A DNA stretch of 60,103 bases, the filler included, from Dirinaria sp. TL-2023a (lineage: Eukaryota): the NCBI GenBank assembly GCA_051941275.1. It is 5 parts of 5 records of this genome, joined end to end, with 100 filler letters (N's around TTAATTAATTAA, not from the genome) between each part and the next. Parts side by side here need not be neighbours in the genome. Positions count along the whole stretch, not along the records: positions 24,115 to 36,059 come from JAVEBF010000803.1; positions 36,160 to 48,094 come from JAVEBF010000804.1; 3 more parts are not named here. One strand, written 5' to 3'. A program made the translations under genes and the position numbers. This document shows, one piece after another, positions 24,513 to 37,417 of the stretch. The notes under the pieces were generated by a model. That model saw only the letters and a program-made list of their open reading frames with translations. It searched no databases and was not told the origin of the DNA. How positions within the stretch are numbered: position 1 is the stretch's first letter; the number at the start of each line of letters is the position of its first letter.

Positions 24513-26060
24513 TTAATTTTTACGTTCAATGATGCCTATCCTACCGCTTAATCCGGTCCAAGGGTTGTGTCTGTCTTCTTCAGTCCAGATGTCTCCTTGG
24601 TGCTCTACCCCACCGTTGAGCAGCTTCCGTAACTCATCCAGCGACGTCTCCGCGGCACGCGCATGCTTCTCTCCATGCTCCAAATGCTCGCTCAGCGTGG
24701 CGTTGTTGGCTATCCGAGCTGAATCGGCGGCAGAGGCCCACATTCGACCCTTGGCTAAGATACTGGATTCCCCATCGTAGCTCGGAATGCCTCCAAGAGA
24801 GGATGGAGATAGCTTCGGACCTCCGAGGCTAGGAATATTGGTTCGAAGGGAAGGCTGTTCTGTTGGGATTGGATAGTTTGCCAGCAGATGGCTCTCGTCT
24901 GCTAGCTTGTCGAGCATGTCGGCCGTGATTTTCTTTTGCACGGTGAGACTGTTCAGGATGTGGGCTTTTTGCTGGTGCATGGCTTTTTGAGCGTCGGCTG
25001 CTGGAATGAGATGCTCGGTCACGCAGGGTAGTATTTTTGAGGCTTCAGCGCTTGAATGCAGTGTCGTCTCTTGGATAGGTTTGGAGGCTTTTGGCTTTTG
25101 AACCACTGGATCTGGGATTTGATGGACTGATCTTTTCTCGGTGGTAAGCTCGATCAATCTTCTTCGAGCATCTAGGTAGTCCTTATAGAGCCGGGTTGTG
25201 TTCTCTTTCTGCTGCTCGATGCCAATGTAGTTGTCGGTAGGGTCGAGGTCTTCCACGTCATCGTCTTGTTCGTCGATTTTGGCTAATCTGTCTTCGGTCC
25301 AGGCGATCAATTCATTTCGAGTCCGGGTCAATGCGTGAATTTTCGCGCAAGGATTAGTATCATTCGAAGCCCCAGATGCCACATCAGCCTGAAATTGGGA
25401 TTTCGTCTGTGCGAGGAGTCTTCGCTCCCTTTCTAGCGCAGCATTTGCACTTAGCAGAGTCCTTTCAAGACGAGCAGTCAGATTCTCAATGTTTGAATTA
25501 TCTGTTAAGGCGGTGAACACGTTATCCTCCATTGTGAATGGCAGATCAGGTACAGGTTGGATTGTTTTTTGGACTGATGCTAGAGTGAGGTAATCCAGTT
25601 TCGCCGATTCCTTCTTCCCTAGCTCGTCAATGTAATCATTCACAATACTAAGCTTTTCATGCTTGCGTTGTGCTTGTAGTAATCCCAAATAGGTAGTAGT
25701 CGCGCTCGAGGCTTCACCGTTAATCTGGCGGCTTTTTCCAGCATTAAGGGCATTGGAGGATTCGCTGATGCTTTCAGAGATCGCATCATACTCATTTCTG
25801 GCTCTGATATTCGCCTGTAGCGCCAAAAGATAATCTCTGCGCAGACCTGTTATTCGAGATGGTATTTCGTTCACGCGCATCTCACTACTAGAAGACACAG
25901 GAAGGTCAAAAGGCAAACCATCTGGCGTAGAACCTTGCACGGTTGAGGCGAGGTAGAGAGACAATATACGCCTGATGCGCAAAGCCTCTTGACGCGTTTT
26001 GATGAAAGGCCGAAGAGCTTCCGCAACCTCGGTCAGCGGACATTCTGGTGCTTCTGCCAT
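24513..26060 (-). CDS. Fungal hypothetical coiled-coil protein (515 aa), head-to-head with BRR2
   Basis: Long intronless ORF with helical, charged composition; no recognised domain. Confidence 0.78.
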   Translation of the reverse strand: MAEAPECPLTEVAEALRPFIKTRQEALRIRRILSLYLASTVQGSTPDGLPFDLPVSSSSEMRVNEIPSRITGLRRDYLLALQANIRARNEYDAISESISESSNALNAGKSRQINGEASSATTTYLGLLQAQRKHEKLSIVNDYIDELGKKESAKLDYLTLASVQKTIQPVPDLPFTMEDNVFTALTDNSNIENLTARLERTLLSANAALERERRLLAQTKSQFQADVASGASNDTNPCAKIHALTRTRNELIAWTEDRLAKIDEQDDDVEDLDPTDNYIGIEQQKENTTRLYKDYLDARRRLIELTTEKRSVHQIPDPVVQKPKASKPIQETTLHSSAEASKILPCVTEHLIPAADAQKAMHQQKAHILNSLTVQKKITADMLDKLADESHLLANYPIPTEQPSLRTNIPSLGGPKLSPSSLGGIPSYDGESSILAKGRMWASAADSARIANNATLSEHLEHGEKHARAAETSLDELRKLLNGGVEHQGDIWTEEDRHNPWTGLSGRIGIIERKN

Positions 26061-26362
26061 TTTTTTTCAGCACTCATATTGGGCTCTGGGTGGATCTGTG
26101 ATCATTTAGTGCACAGTGATCCTAAGTATCCCAAGCATCCTAATCAGGAGTTGTCGAGGTACCGAAGTACCCCTTCTGATAAGCGATACGGTCCCGAAAA
26201 GGAAACACAAGCGCCGGGTAAGGCTGCAGCGGCCGATTTAGCAGCATATCTAGAAACCAGAACTTCTTTTACCTGTACGCCACTCAACAGTGCAACTTGT
26301 ACCAGCTTTGATCTCATAGTCTTTGAGCTGAACGGGTGCTTGGGCACCCCCAAACCTTCGAC

Positions 26363-29300
26363 ATGGCGGACCCAAATAACATCTCGCAGTATAAGTATAC
26401 TGCAATGTCAAATTTGGTCTTGCAGCATGACAAAAGATTCAGCACTCGTCGTAATGATGAAGTTACAGGAGATCCAGAGTCGCTCGCTGGGCGAATCAAC
26501 ATTCGAGATATGGGTTCGCGAACCGCCCGAGAAGACGCGCCTAAACAAAAAAAGAAGGCGACCGGTCCTAAAGACATCGAGAGAGGCAGCATACGAGAAG
26601 GTGAGGATGTTTTGGAGAGAGAACAGCGGAAACGAAAACGAGGCGAACCGGCGCAATTAAGAGGCGCTGGTATCCTTTCTGCAGCCGATGCGCTCGTGGA
26701 AGGATTGAAATATCGTCCGCGTACACCGGCTACTCGACAAACCTACGACCTAATCCTTACAACCACCGCGAACAATCTTGGTGACGTACCTCACGAGGTA
26801 GTGCGCAGCGCTGCAGATGCCATTCTCGAAATGCTCAAAGACGAAAACATGAAAGAGTATGACAAGAAAAAGGAAGTCGATGACCTGCTTGGGATAACCA
26901 TGGGACCAAAGGAATTCAACGAGCTTGTAAACCTGGGCAAGAAAATCACGGATTATGATCAGGATGAGGATGTCAACATGGATGAGGAAGATAACGTCGG
27001 CGAAGGCGCCGAATTGGACGAAAGGCAAGGTGTTGCCGTGGTGTTTGACGAGTCTGATGAAGATGAAGAAGGCGCTGGCAGAAACTTCGAAGTACGTGAT
27101 GAAGACGACGCGTCCTCCGATGAGGATGCCGAGGACGATAGAGACCAGCCTGCAGCTGAAGATGGGAACACTGCTGATGGCACAGATGATCATGATCCGA
27201 TGGAGGATGCAGACGGCGAAGGTGGCGAGGAGATGATCATCGAAGGAGATCCAGATAGCATGAGAACCAAGAAGACTCGAGATTCTGACAAGAATTCTGT
27301 GCCAGTCCGTGATATCGATGAATATTGGCTACAACGGCAAATCGGAGCTATATACACAGATGCTCATATACAACAGTCTAAAACGAAAGAGGGTCTGGAA
27401 ATATTAGATGGTCGCACGGATGACGGTGAGGAGAAGCCCTTACGCGAGACTGAGAATGATCTTATGGAGCTTTTCGATTACGAGCATCATGAGCTAGTGG
27501 AGAAAATCATCATGAACCGAGATAAGATTTTGTGGGTTACACGTTGGCGCAGGACGGCTGAAGATGCAAATGCAAGGGCCGCTCTGGAACGCGAGATGGT
27601 CTCGGCGGGTCATCGCAAGATCTTAGATCAGCTCCAAGGCAGGGAAGAAGATGGCGTCGACGGTTCCACAAAGGCCAACAAGAGGATGAAGCTTGATCTT
27701 ATGGACATTGACGTACCTAAGTCTTCCGGCGACGCCGAACCTGGCAACCCCAAAGATGGTGGTCTGATTGGGGGATTGCAGCCACGAAGGCTTATAAATC
27801 TTGATAACCTTGTCTTTGATCAAGGTAATCACCTCATGACCAATCCAAATGTCAAACTCCCTCAAGGCTCCACGAAGCGGACCTTCAAAGGCTACGAGGA
27901 GATTCACGTTCCTGCGCCAAAAGCTCGTAAAGACGCGAGCGAGCGAAACAACATGCCAACGTCCGAGTTGCCTGAATGGGCCAGGCAGGGCTTTGGCACA
28001 TCAAAGGAGCTCAACAGAATCCAGACCAAATGTTTTCCAACTGCGTTCAATGATGATGGGAACATGTTGATTTGCGCTCCCACGGGGTCCGGCAAGACCA
28101 ATGTTGCGATGCTCACTATACTTCGCGAAATTGGTAAAAATCGCAACCCTCAGACTGGCGAGATCATGCTCGACGATTTCAAAATTGTTTATATTGCCCC
28201 GTTGAAAGCCCTTGTCCAGGAACAGGTTGGAAATCTTGGCAAGCGATTGGAGCCTTACGGCATAAGGGTATCGGAGCTTACAGGAGATCGACAACTGACA
28301 AAGCAGCAGATTGCTGATACTCAGATCATTGTCACGACGCCCGAGAAATGGGATGTCATCACGCGAAAAGCATCAGATATGAGCTACACTAATCTCGTCA
28401 GGCTCATCATAATCGACGAAATCCATCTTTTGCATGACGATCGGGGTCCCGTACTTGAAAGCATAGTCAGTAGGACGATCCGCAAGATCGAGCAAACGGG
28501 CGAACCTGTACGTCTGGTCGGCTTGAGTGCCACATTGCCAAATTATAGGGATGTGGCAAGCTTCCTACGCGTGGATCCGATCAATGGTCTATTCCATTTT
28601 GATGGTTCTTACAGACCTTGCCCTCTGCGTCAAGAATTCATCGGTGTCACCGATAAAAAGGCTATCAAGCAACTCAAGACTATGAACGACGTTTGCTACA
28701 CAAAAGTCATGGAGCAAGTGGGAAAGCAAAGGCAGCAAATGCTAATATTTGTGCACTCCCGGAAAGAGACAGCCAAAACCGCGAAATACATTCGAGACAA
28801 AGCACTGGAGCTAGAGACTATAGGGCAAATACTGCGAAGCGATGCAAGCACTCGGGAAATCCTTACTGAAGAAGCTAGCAATGTCACTGATCGAGACCTG
28901 AAAGACATTATGCCTTACGGATTCGGTATACATCATGCCGGTATGTCTCGCGCTGACCGAAGCTCCGTGGAGGATCTGTTTGCGGACGGCAGCCTTCAAG
29001 TTTTGGTCTGCACGGCGACTCTAGCATGGGGAGTCAACTTACCGGCCCATACTGTGGTTATCAAGGGCACTCAAATCTATTCCCCTGAAAAGGGTAGCTG
29101 GGTTGAGCTGAGTCCGCAGGATGTTTTGCAGATGCTTGGTCGGGCAGGTAGACCACAATACGATACTTTCGGAGAGGGCATTATAATCACGACTCAAACT
29201 GAGATGCAGTATTATCTTTCACTCATGAACCAGCAATTGCCCATCGAGAGTCAGTTTATGAGTAAACTTGCGGACAACTTGAACGCTGAAATAGTCCTTG

Positions 29301-32300
29301 GTAATGTGCGGAACAGAGACGAGGCTGTTGAGTGGCTTGGTTATACTTATCTGTTCGTGCGTATGCTAAGATCGCCAGGCCTTTATAGTGTAGGCGCAGA
29401 ATACGAGGAGGACGACGCTCTGGAACAAAAGCGCGTGGACTTGATACATTCAGCCGCCACTGTACTCGAAAAGTCTAGTCTAGTAAAATATGAAAAGAAG
29501 TCTGGGAGACTCCAGGCGACCGAGCTTGGACGGATCGCTTCGCACTACTACATCACTCACACATCTATGCTAACGTACAATCACCACATCCAGCCGATGA
29601 TTACTCCTATCGAGCTCTTCCGAGTCTTTGCTTTGAGTGACGAGTTCAAATATATCCCCGTTAGGCAAGATGAGAAGCTCGAGCTAGCGAAGCTGCTTGG
29701 GAGGGTACCCGTGCCGGTGAAGGAGACAATTGATGAGCCGCATTGCAAGATCAACGTTCTGTTGCAGGCATACATATCGCGGCTCAAGCTTGAAGGTCTT
29801 GCTCTCATGGCTGACCTCGTCTACGTTACGCAATCCGCTGGCCGTATATTGCGAGCAATTTTTGAGATATGCCTGAAAAAGGGTTGGGCGTCAGTCGCCA
29901 AGACTGCGCTCGATTTGTGTAAGATGGCTGAGAGGCGGATGTGGCCTACCATGACTCCTCTGCGGCAATACCCGCCAACGATGTGCTCTCGAGACATTAT
30001 TACTAAGACCGAGAAGATCGATGTGCCATGGTCTAGCTACTTCGATTTAGATCCTCCGCGCATGGGTGAACTGCTTGGTATGCCGAAGGCTGGAAAGACG
30101 GTCTGTAACCTCGTGCAGAAGTTCCCACGGCTGGAGGTTCAAGCGCAAGTGCAGCCAGTTACTCGATCTATGCTCCGGGTTGAGCTGACCATCACCCCAA
30201 ATTTCGAATGGGATGAATCGCTACACGGTAATGCAGAAAGCTTCTGGATCTTGGTAGAAGACTGTGACGGTGAAGATATCCTCTTCCATGACGTTTTCTT
30301 GTTACGCCGAGACTATGCCCAATCCGACATGAGTGAACATCTTGTCGATTTCACTGTACCTATTACCGAACCTATGCCGCCAAACTATTTCATCACTGTG
30401 CTCTCTGACCGTTGGCTTCAATCAGAGACGAAGCTTGCGGTATCTTTCGACAGGCTAATTCTTCCTGAAAAATTTCCTGCTCACACTCCGTTGCTCGATT
30501 TACAGCCCTTGCCGGTCTCGGCACTCAAGAGGCAGGACTTTCAAGATCTCTACCCAAACTGGCAGAAGTTCAATAAGATCCAGACCCAAGCATTCAGTTC
30601 GCTATTCTCTACGGATGACAACGTTCTCATCGGCGCTCCGACCGGTGCAGGCAAGACTGTGTGTGCTGAATTTGGTCTCCTTCGTCATTGGTCTCTTCAA
30701 ACCCAAGGACGCGCGGTCTATGTAGCTCCTTTCCAGGAGCTGGTTGACCAGAGGCTAACAGACTGGAAGGAGAGACTTGGTAAAACCGCTGGTGGCAAAC
30801 GTGTTTTGAAACTCACAGGTGAGACCACGGCCGACCTGCGAATCCTCGAGCAGGCAGACCTTGTCCTTGCTACACCCTCACAGTGGGATGTGCTGTCGCG
30901 CCAATGGCAGCGACGAAAAAATGTACAGACTGTACGACTGTTCATCGCCGATGAGCTGCATATGATTGGCGGACAAGGAGGCTTTGTGTATGAAAACATT
31001 GTGTCCCGCATGCACTACATGGCCTTACAAATGGAGAGCAACATGAGGATTGTCGGATTGAGTGTTTCGCTCTCTAATGCTCGCGACATTGGCGAATGGC
31101 TTGGGGCTACAAAGCACACGATATACAACTTCAGCCCGCAAATTCGGCCTGTTCCTCTGGAGCTTCATATCCAGTCTTTCACAATACCCCACTTTCCATC
31201 GCTCATGCTTGCGATGGCGAGACCAATGTATGCTTCGGTCCTTCAGATGTCGCCTGACAAGCCGGTAATGATCTTCGTTCCAAATCGTAAGCAGACGCGA
31301 GCTACTGCTCTGGATCTGTTGGCAGCTTGCGTAGCGGATGAAGATGACGATAGGTTTTTACACGCTAGCATAGAAGACGTAGCACCAATCTTGCAGCACG
31401 TCCATGAGAAGGCGTTAGCAGATTCTATGTCGCATGGCATTGGCTACTTCCACGAGGCCTTAAGCGCCAATGACAAACGCATCGTATCACATCTTTATAC
31501 TCGAGGCGCCCTCCAGATCATGATTGCTTCGAGAGACGTATGCTGGGAACTCGATTGTACGGCTCACTTGGTCGTCGTTATGGGGACTCAATTCTATGAG
31601 GGGCGTGAGCACCGATACATCGATTATCCCATCAGCGAAATCCTGCAGATGTTTGGGAAGGCCAGCAGGCCGCTTGAGGATAAAGTCGGCAGGGGACTGC
31701 TTATGGTTCCTGCGGTGAAGCGTGAGTACTACAAGAAATTTTTGAACGAAGCGCTTCCCATAGAGAGCCATTTACAAGTCTATCTCCATGATGCATTCGT
31801 ATCGGAAATCAGCACCAAAATCATCGGTTCCACACAAGATGCTGTTGATTGGGCTACGTATACATACTTTTACCGGCGATTACTTGCCAATCCGAGCTTT
31901 TATGGCCTCACAGACACCTCCCACGAAGGCCTGAGCACTCATCTATCGGAGCTGATAGAGAACACCCTGAAAGATCTCTCGGAAGCAAAAATCATCGAAC
32001 TCGACGAAGAAGACGACACGGTCTTACCTCTGAATGCCGCCATGATCGCCGCCTACTACAACATATCATTTATTACCATGCAAACATTCCTGCTGTCCCT
32101 GAATCCTCGAACGAAGCTCAAAGGAATACTAGAGATAGTAACCTCCGCGACAGAATTTGAATCGATCCAGATACGGCGGCATGAAGAGAAGATCTTGCGG
32201 AGGATTTACGACCGGGTTCCCGTAAAGATGGCGCAACCTGCGTACGAATCACCACATTTCAAGGCGTTTGTCCTGCTACAAGCGCATTTCTCGAGGATGC

Positions 32301-33189
32301 AGTTGCCTACAGATCTGGCCAAGGATCAAGAAACAATTGTCTCAAGGGTCCTGAATCTTCTTAGCGGCTGCGTCGATGTCCTGTCGTCCGAGGGGCATCT
32401 CAATGCCATGAGCGCCATGGAGATGTCACAGATGGTCGTGCAAGCCATGTGGGATCGCGACAGCCCTCTGAAGCAGATCCCGTATTTCTCGCCCGAGGTT
32501 ATCAAGGCTGCAAACGATTTTGGGTATGTCCCCCCCCTCTCCTTATTCAAAAACCCACTCTTGCCTTCACACACAACAACAACAACCTAATTAGCTAACA
32601 CATTCCTTGTAAAAACAGTGCCAAAGACGTATTCGAATTCATGGACCTCATGGACCCGGAGCACCAGAACCACAAGAAGATCCTCGCCCGCCTGGGGCTC
32701 GAGAACAAGCAGCTGGCCGAGGTGGCCAACTTCACCAACACCAAGTACCCGAACATCGAGCTCGAATTCGAGGTCGAAGACCCGGACGACATCACCACGG
32801 GCGCGCCGGCGCATCTCAAGATCAAGGTCAAGCGGGACGTGGACGATGATGATGAGGATGAAGAAGAAAAGCCCGCCGACGACGACTACTCAACCGTGCA
32901 CGCGCCTTTTTACCCGCAGAAGAAGATGGAGAACTGGTGGCTCGTTGTCGGCGAGGAGAGTACCAAGAGTCTCCTGGCTATCAAGAGGGTCACGATCGCG
33001 CAGAAGCAGCTGGAGACGAGGTTGGAATTCGCCGCGCCCGAGGCCCCCGGCGAACATGACTTGACGCTCTACCTCATGAGCGATAGTTATATCGGCGTGG
33101 ACCAGGATCCGACGTTTAAAATCACTGCTGCGGAGGGAATGGAGGAGGATGAGGATGAGGATGCGGATGAGGAGGGTGATGAGGAATAA
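26363..33189 (+). CDS. BRR2: U5 snRNP spliceosomal helicase Brr2
   Basis: Two Ski2-like helicase cassettes (APTGSGKT...DEIH...QMLGRAGR; APTGAGKT...DELH) and Sec63 domains. One intron at 32524-32618; the last exon has HAPFYPQKKMENWW and YLMSDSYIGVDQ. Confidence 0.97.
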
Positions 33190-33692
33190 GTAGCTACGAT
33201 ATATTGTGTGTGGCAGCTTGTGCAAAAAGCACAAAAGATGATCAAATCTATTATTCTATGAGCACTTTCCCGAGCTTGGAGGAGTTGTTCTAGCGACCTG
33301 CTTTTAACTTTGCCGATTTCCAAACTTACGTATCCATTTTCCTTACGGGATCATGGCACTAGTATCTCGAAGTCTTAACCTTGGCCGCAGCACCCTCAGT
33401 CCTCCTGCCGCTATCACAGTAGTCGGGCCTTCCGACTGCTTTCACGATCCGTGAATCCTGGCCATGCAGAATGACATTTAGTTAGAAGCTAAAGCTGCGG
33501 CTATATTGGAGTTTGCCGAGTGTAGCTTCTACTGTCGCGGCGGGGTTCTTGAGCCTATCCTTAAATGTTACCTTACTTACCAAACGTTACCTATTGCTCA
33601 TTTCCCCCAAGACTTGACGCTATTTCTGCGCGGGGCTAGCCACGAACTAATCTTGATTTAGAGAGAAAGAGAGAGATCGCGAGGCTTCATCA

Positions 33693-34784
33693 ATGGCTGA
33701 TCAAGAATCGTACATGCTCCCAAGGGACAGCACAGAGTCCGAGCGACTTGATAGTCAGCATGAATATATGCGTGACCTCGGGTACGGGCACCTGATCCAT
33801 CCCTCCATCAACACTGCCAATATACGGGCAATCGCCGATATCGGTACGGGAACAGGTATCTGGCTGCGAGAGACTGCGCAGCAGCTGGCTGGGTCACGAT
33901 CAAATGATGGAACAATCGAGTTTGTCGGCTTCGACATATCCTCGCAGCAATTCCCTAAGCAGAATCTGCCAAACCTCGAGTTGGTGGTCCATGATATTGT
34001 TACCCCTTTCCCGCACGAGTACCAGGAAAGGTTTGACTTGGTTCATGTTCGCCTTCTCACCTACGCATTGAAGGTAGAAGATCTTGAGAGCGCCGTGAAG
34101 AATGCTGTCAATTTGATCCGTGAGCCTTGACATTGATCTTTCTTCATGGTTCTTTTCCTAAGAGACACTCGATTACAGGTCCCGGTGGCTTCCTCCAGTG
34201 GGAGGAGTCGGATGCGATTGATGTCTGGGCCACTCCAGAAACCGCCCGGACAAGGGCCACGGTCGATCTTGTCTGTTCGGAGAGAATTGCCCGTGGGCTG
34301 AGCCCAGCGTTTGTGCTCTTCTCAGACGGGAAGGAAGGAGTTCAACTGACAACCCTTAAGCATAGTGACGCCGTTGGTAAAGACGATCCAGTCCTTGACA
34401 CTTCCCTTACCAGAGGGAAAATTCAATCCGTTGACATGGACTGAAGACATGATACGTATCTTACACCTTGAAACAATCTCTTCTATGAACCATGAAGCGC
34501 CGAGGGTTCAGGCCATGAAAACTGACACAGTTATGCTCAGCGCTCTAGCCCTACTTAATGCAGCATTGTCGAGAAGGGCCGCTGGTGTAGCAGCGCCAGC
34601 GATGTCCATCTCTGAAGTGAGGCGGCTCGAATCGGAGGCAGCCGAGATCAAGGAAATCATTGAAGCTATCAAAAAAAGTGAAGATCCGGCTTCGAGTACG
34701 TGGGATATGGAAATGACACGTATACTCGCGAGGAAAGTGGCTGTAGCGGACAGGAAGGGGGCATGGATGTCACTTAGGAGATAG
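33693..34784 (+). CDS. Class I SAM-dependent methyltransferase (LaeA-like fungal family)
   Basis: YMLPRDSTESERLDSQH, IADIGTGTGIW, GFDIS, FDLVHVRLL and R|PGGFLQWEE; introns 34120-34178 and 34309-34360. Confidence 0.85.
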
Positions 34785-35353
34785 TTTTTCAACCGACCAC
34801 AGTAAATCAAAGCTTACCTTTGCTCGTCTCATGTATTGGATTTAAGACTTCGGAGTTCTCCAAGCGAAGCAGACTTAGTGACTGATTGGCCAAGGATCAT
34901 AATTTTTGCGTCCATGCCCACATAAGAAATCTCCCTCAATTTTCGCCCTAATAAACAGCCGTTTGGCATACTGTGGGGAGAGTGGCCTCTTGATCTCTCA
35001 AGTCATAGGCAGCGTCGGGTATCAATATGATGCTGGACTGCAGCCAATCTCGGTGACCTCAATAGAGCCTTCTGCCGCCTGACGGACTGTACTGTAGAAA
35101 CGATGTTGGCCGCTCTACGCGACCTCAGAAAGTCTAAAGTATTTCCCACATCCGTGCCAAAGCTCAGCGGCGGATCATAAGATGATAAAAATGATTGAGA
35201 AGGAGAGTTGAAAATAAGACCTTACCTAAAGGACTCTTAGCGTTGACGAGCTCGGGCCGAGGAAGTGCCGGAAACCGTAAACTTCTCAATATGCAACCGG
35301 CCAGCTCTAAATCTTCATTGCAATGCCGCCTCTGCAGCGCTTTCCCTCTATTG

Positions 35354-36059
35354 ATGCTTCGGCTGGGTGCGCGTGCTGCTCGCTATTTCCGTGGTAATAC
35401 AGGCTTCCCTCGCTCCAGAGTGGTCTCCCAACATGGCCTCCGTGGAGGACGTACCTATGCATCTCACCGGCAGTCCGACGACCCTGATTCGCCCGACGAA
35501 CCACCAGTCAACTTGTATGAGCAGCTGTACCCTGGAGCTCCAGATAAAAGACGAATCGACCTAGCATCGCAAGGTGGAGATGAGGATTCCGAGCAAGCAC
35601 GGCTCATACAAGCTAAGATCGAGGAACTGGACTCCGAAATCGCCGATCTAAGCGGTGACAACAAACCATCTTTAATCGAGCCGCTGATTGCAACCCTATC
35701 TGAGGAAGAGCAGTTGAAAGTCAGGAAGGCTCTGGCTGAAGCCAAGCCTTCGGAAGATAGTACAGCTCTGCTTGAACGAGATGTTGCCCTCATGGACCTT
35801 CCGAAGCTTGCAAAATTAGGAACAAAGCTAGGATTGCTACCTCAGCAAACGGTCTACCTTACTAACCTCGACAAGCGCCTTCGCGAAGCTGCTGATGATA
35901 TTGCAAACGTGTCTTGTCGCAATAAATTGTGGAGAGCATTCGATGCCGCTAAGCGGAACCTCCCGCCCTTCCTCCACCTGGCGCCAAGGAGTATCTACAG
36001 AGTCTTATTCGAGAGCGAAAGGAACGCTGATGATGTACATAGCCCAATGCATGTGTGTG
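35354..36059 (+). CDS. Probable mitochondrial protein (resembles the N-terminus of fungal PPR proteins), 3'-truncated
   Basis: Arg-rich presequence MLRLGARAARYFRG...RTYAS; frame open to the contig end. No PPR repeat is visible, so the PPR call is tentative. Confidence 0.55.
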
Positions 36060-36159
36060 NNNNNNNNNNNNNNNNNNNNNNNNNNNNNNNNNNNNNNNNN
36101 NNNTTAATTAATTAANNNNNNNNNNNNNNNNNNNNNNNNNNNNNNNNNNNNNNNNNNNN
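36060..36159. other. Artificial contig linker
   Basis: N44-TTAATTAATTAA-N44. Confidence 0.97.
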
Positions 36160-36834
36160 AAGGGTCGGGATGGCGAAAATGCCGGTGTATAGCATCAAGC
36201 AGAGTTTATTGGAGGAGAGCGTACCAAGAGCGATTTGCCCGGCGAGCAGCTGTCCACCAGTAGCGAAAACGGCGAACACGATCGTGCCAAAGGAAAGAAC
36301 CTCGCGACCAAGGGGGCCAAAAAGAATGTACCCGGCATCCCCCATATTATGGACTGGATTGAGCCTGATCAGTAGGATGCATGATATCAAGCTGAACTCG
36401 AGGACTAAAGATTGAGACGGGGAATGTTCAAAATCAAAGACGCTTGCTCGTAAATCAACTTGCTCTGGAAAGCAGTCGGCCAATTGATTTGAAGATTACA
36501 TACCCTCCGGATGCCTCAACTTGAACTTGATCAGTATCCAAGCCGTGAAAAGGCCGAACGCGCCCAAGAAGACGATGGCGACCACACCAGGCACGAGCCC
36601 GACGACGGCCAACGAGCTGGGCAAGGATAGCATGCCATTGCTGACAATCTCTGCTATCATGAGAACAGCGACGAGCGGCCATGACAAGGTCTTGTAGTGG
36701 ATCTGATGGTTCTCTTCCGAGCCGAAAACATCAACGGCGTGGTAGCCACCGTCAGGGCCCTCGATCTCTGATATGTGGTCGAGGTAAGGCGAGGAGCCAT
36801 TGTCTTTCTCGCCCTTGCTCAGGCTCATATCCAT
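36160..36834 (-). CDS. Neutral amino acid transporter (Aa_trans/Mtr-like), 3'-truncated
   Basis: IHYKTLSW...MIAEIVSNGMLSLPS...FKLRHPE|VHNMGDAGYILFG across a GTATGT...CAG intron. Confidence 0.88.
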
Positions 36835-37417
36835 TACTTACGTGTAGCTTGTCGGGAACAAGCATATTGAGACGAAAGGAAGGAGGAGCAGAGACGATGC
36901 TGATAGACATATCAATGTGCCGCCAGATAGTCGGGGTGGTATCTGCTGCTCTAGAGTCTACTAGGCCCTCGGTAGGAGCTGAGGGCGGGATGCGGGCGCA
37001 GGCCGAGTGATGTCACGATCGAGAACGGTCGACCTGTTAGAGTCCCGTACCTTGCCTTATGCATCTTAAGATACTATTAAGTATGAGAATCTCTGTTTCC
37101 TGGTTGATTGATACCTAAGACGAGGTTAGGGAACCCTTGAGCGACCCGACCATAAATGACCGAGGGGCCTACTTGAGATACAGTGTGATACAAGGAAATT
37201 GTACTAGAGATGATAGCAAATTAGTGGTCTGAAATGAAACTATTTATGTTGAACATGGGTTACAAGAATACTTCAGGGGTCTTTGCGAGTCAACTCCTCA
37301 GGTACTCGTACTGTTATCTACGACCCTCAAACCTTCGTCCCAACGCCTTGCTGCCACATGACATGATTCATGACAAGAGCTTCAGGACCACATATGCAAG
37401 CAAGCCGATCTGACGGC

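Noticed and set aside
23513..26060. Clustering of the KP4 gene with the genes after 24115
   Set aside because: They are separated by an artificial linker and lie on different contigs.
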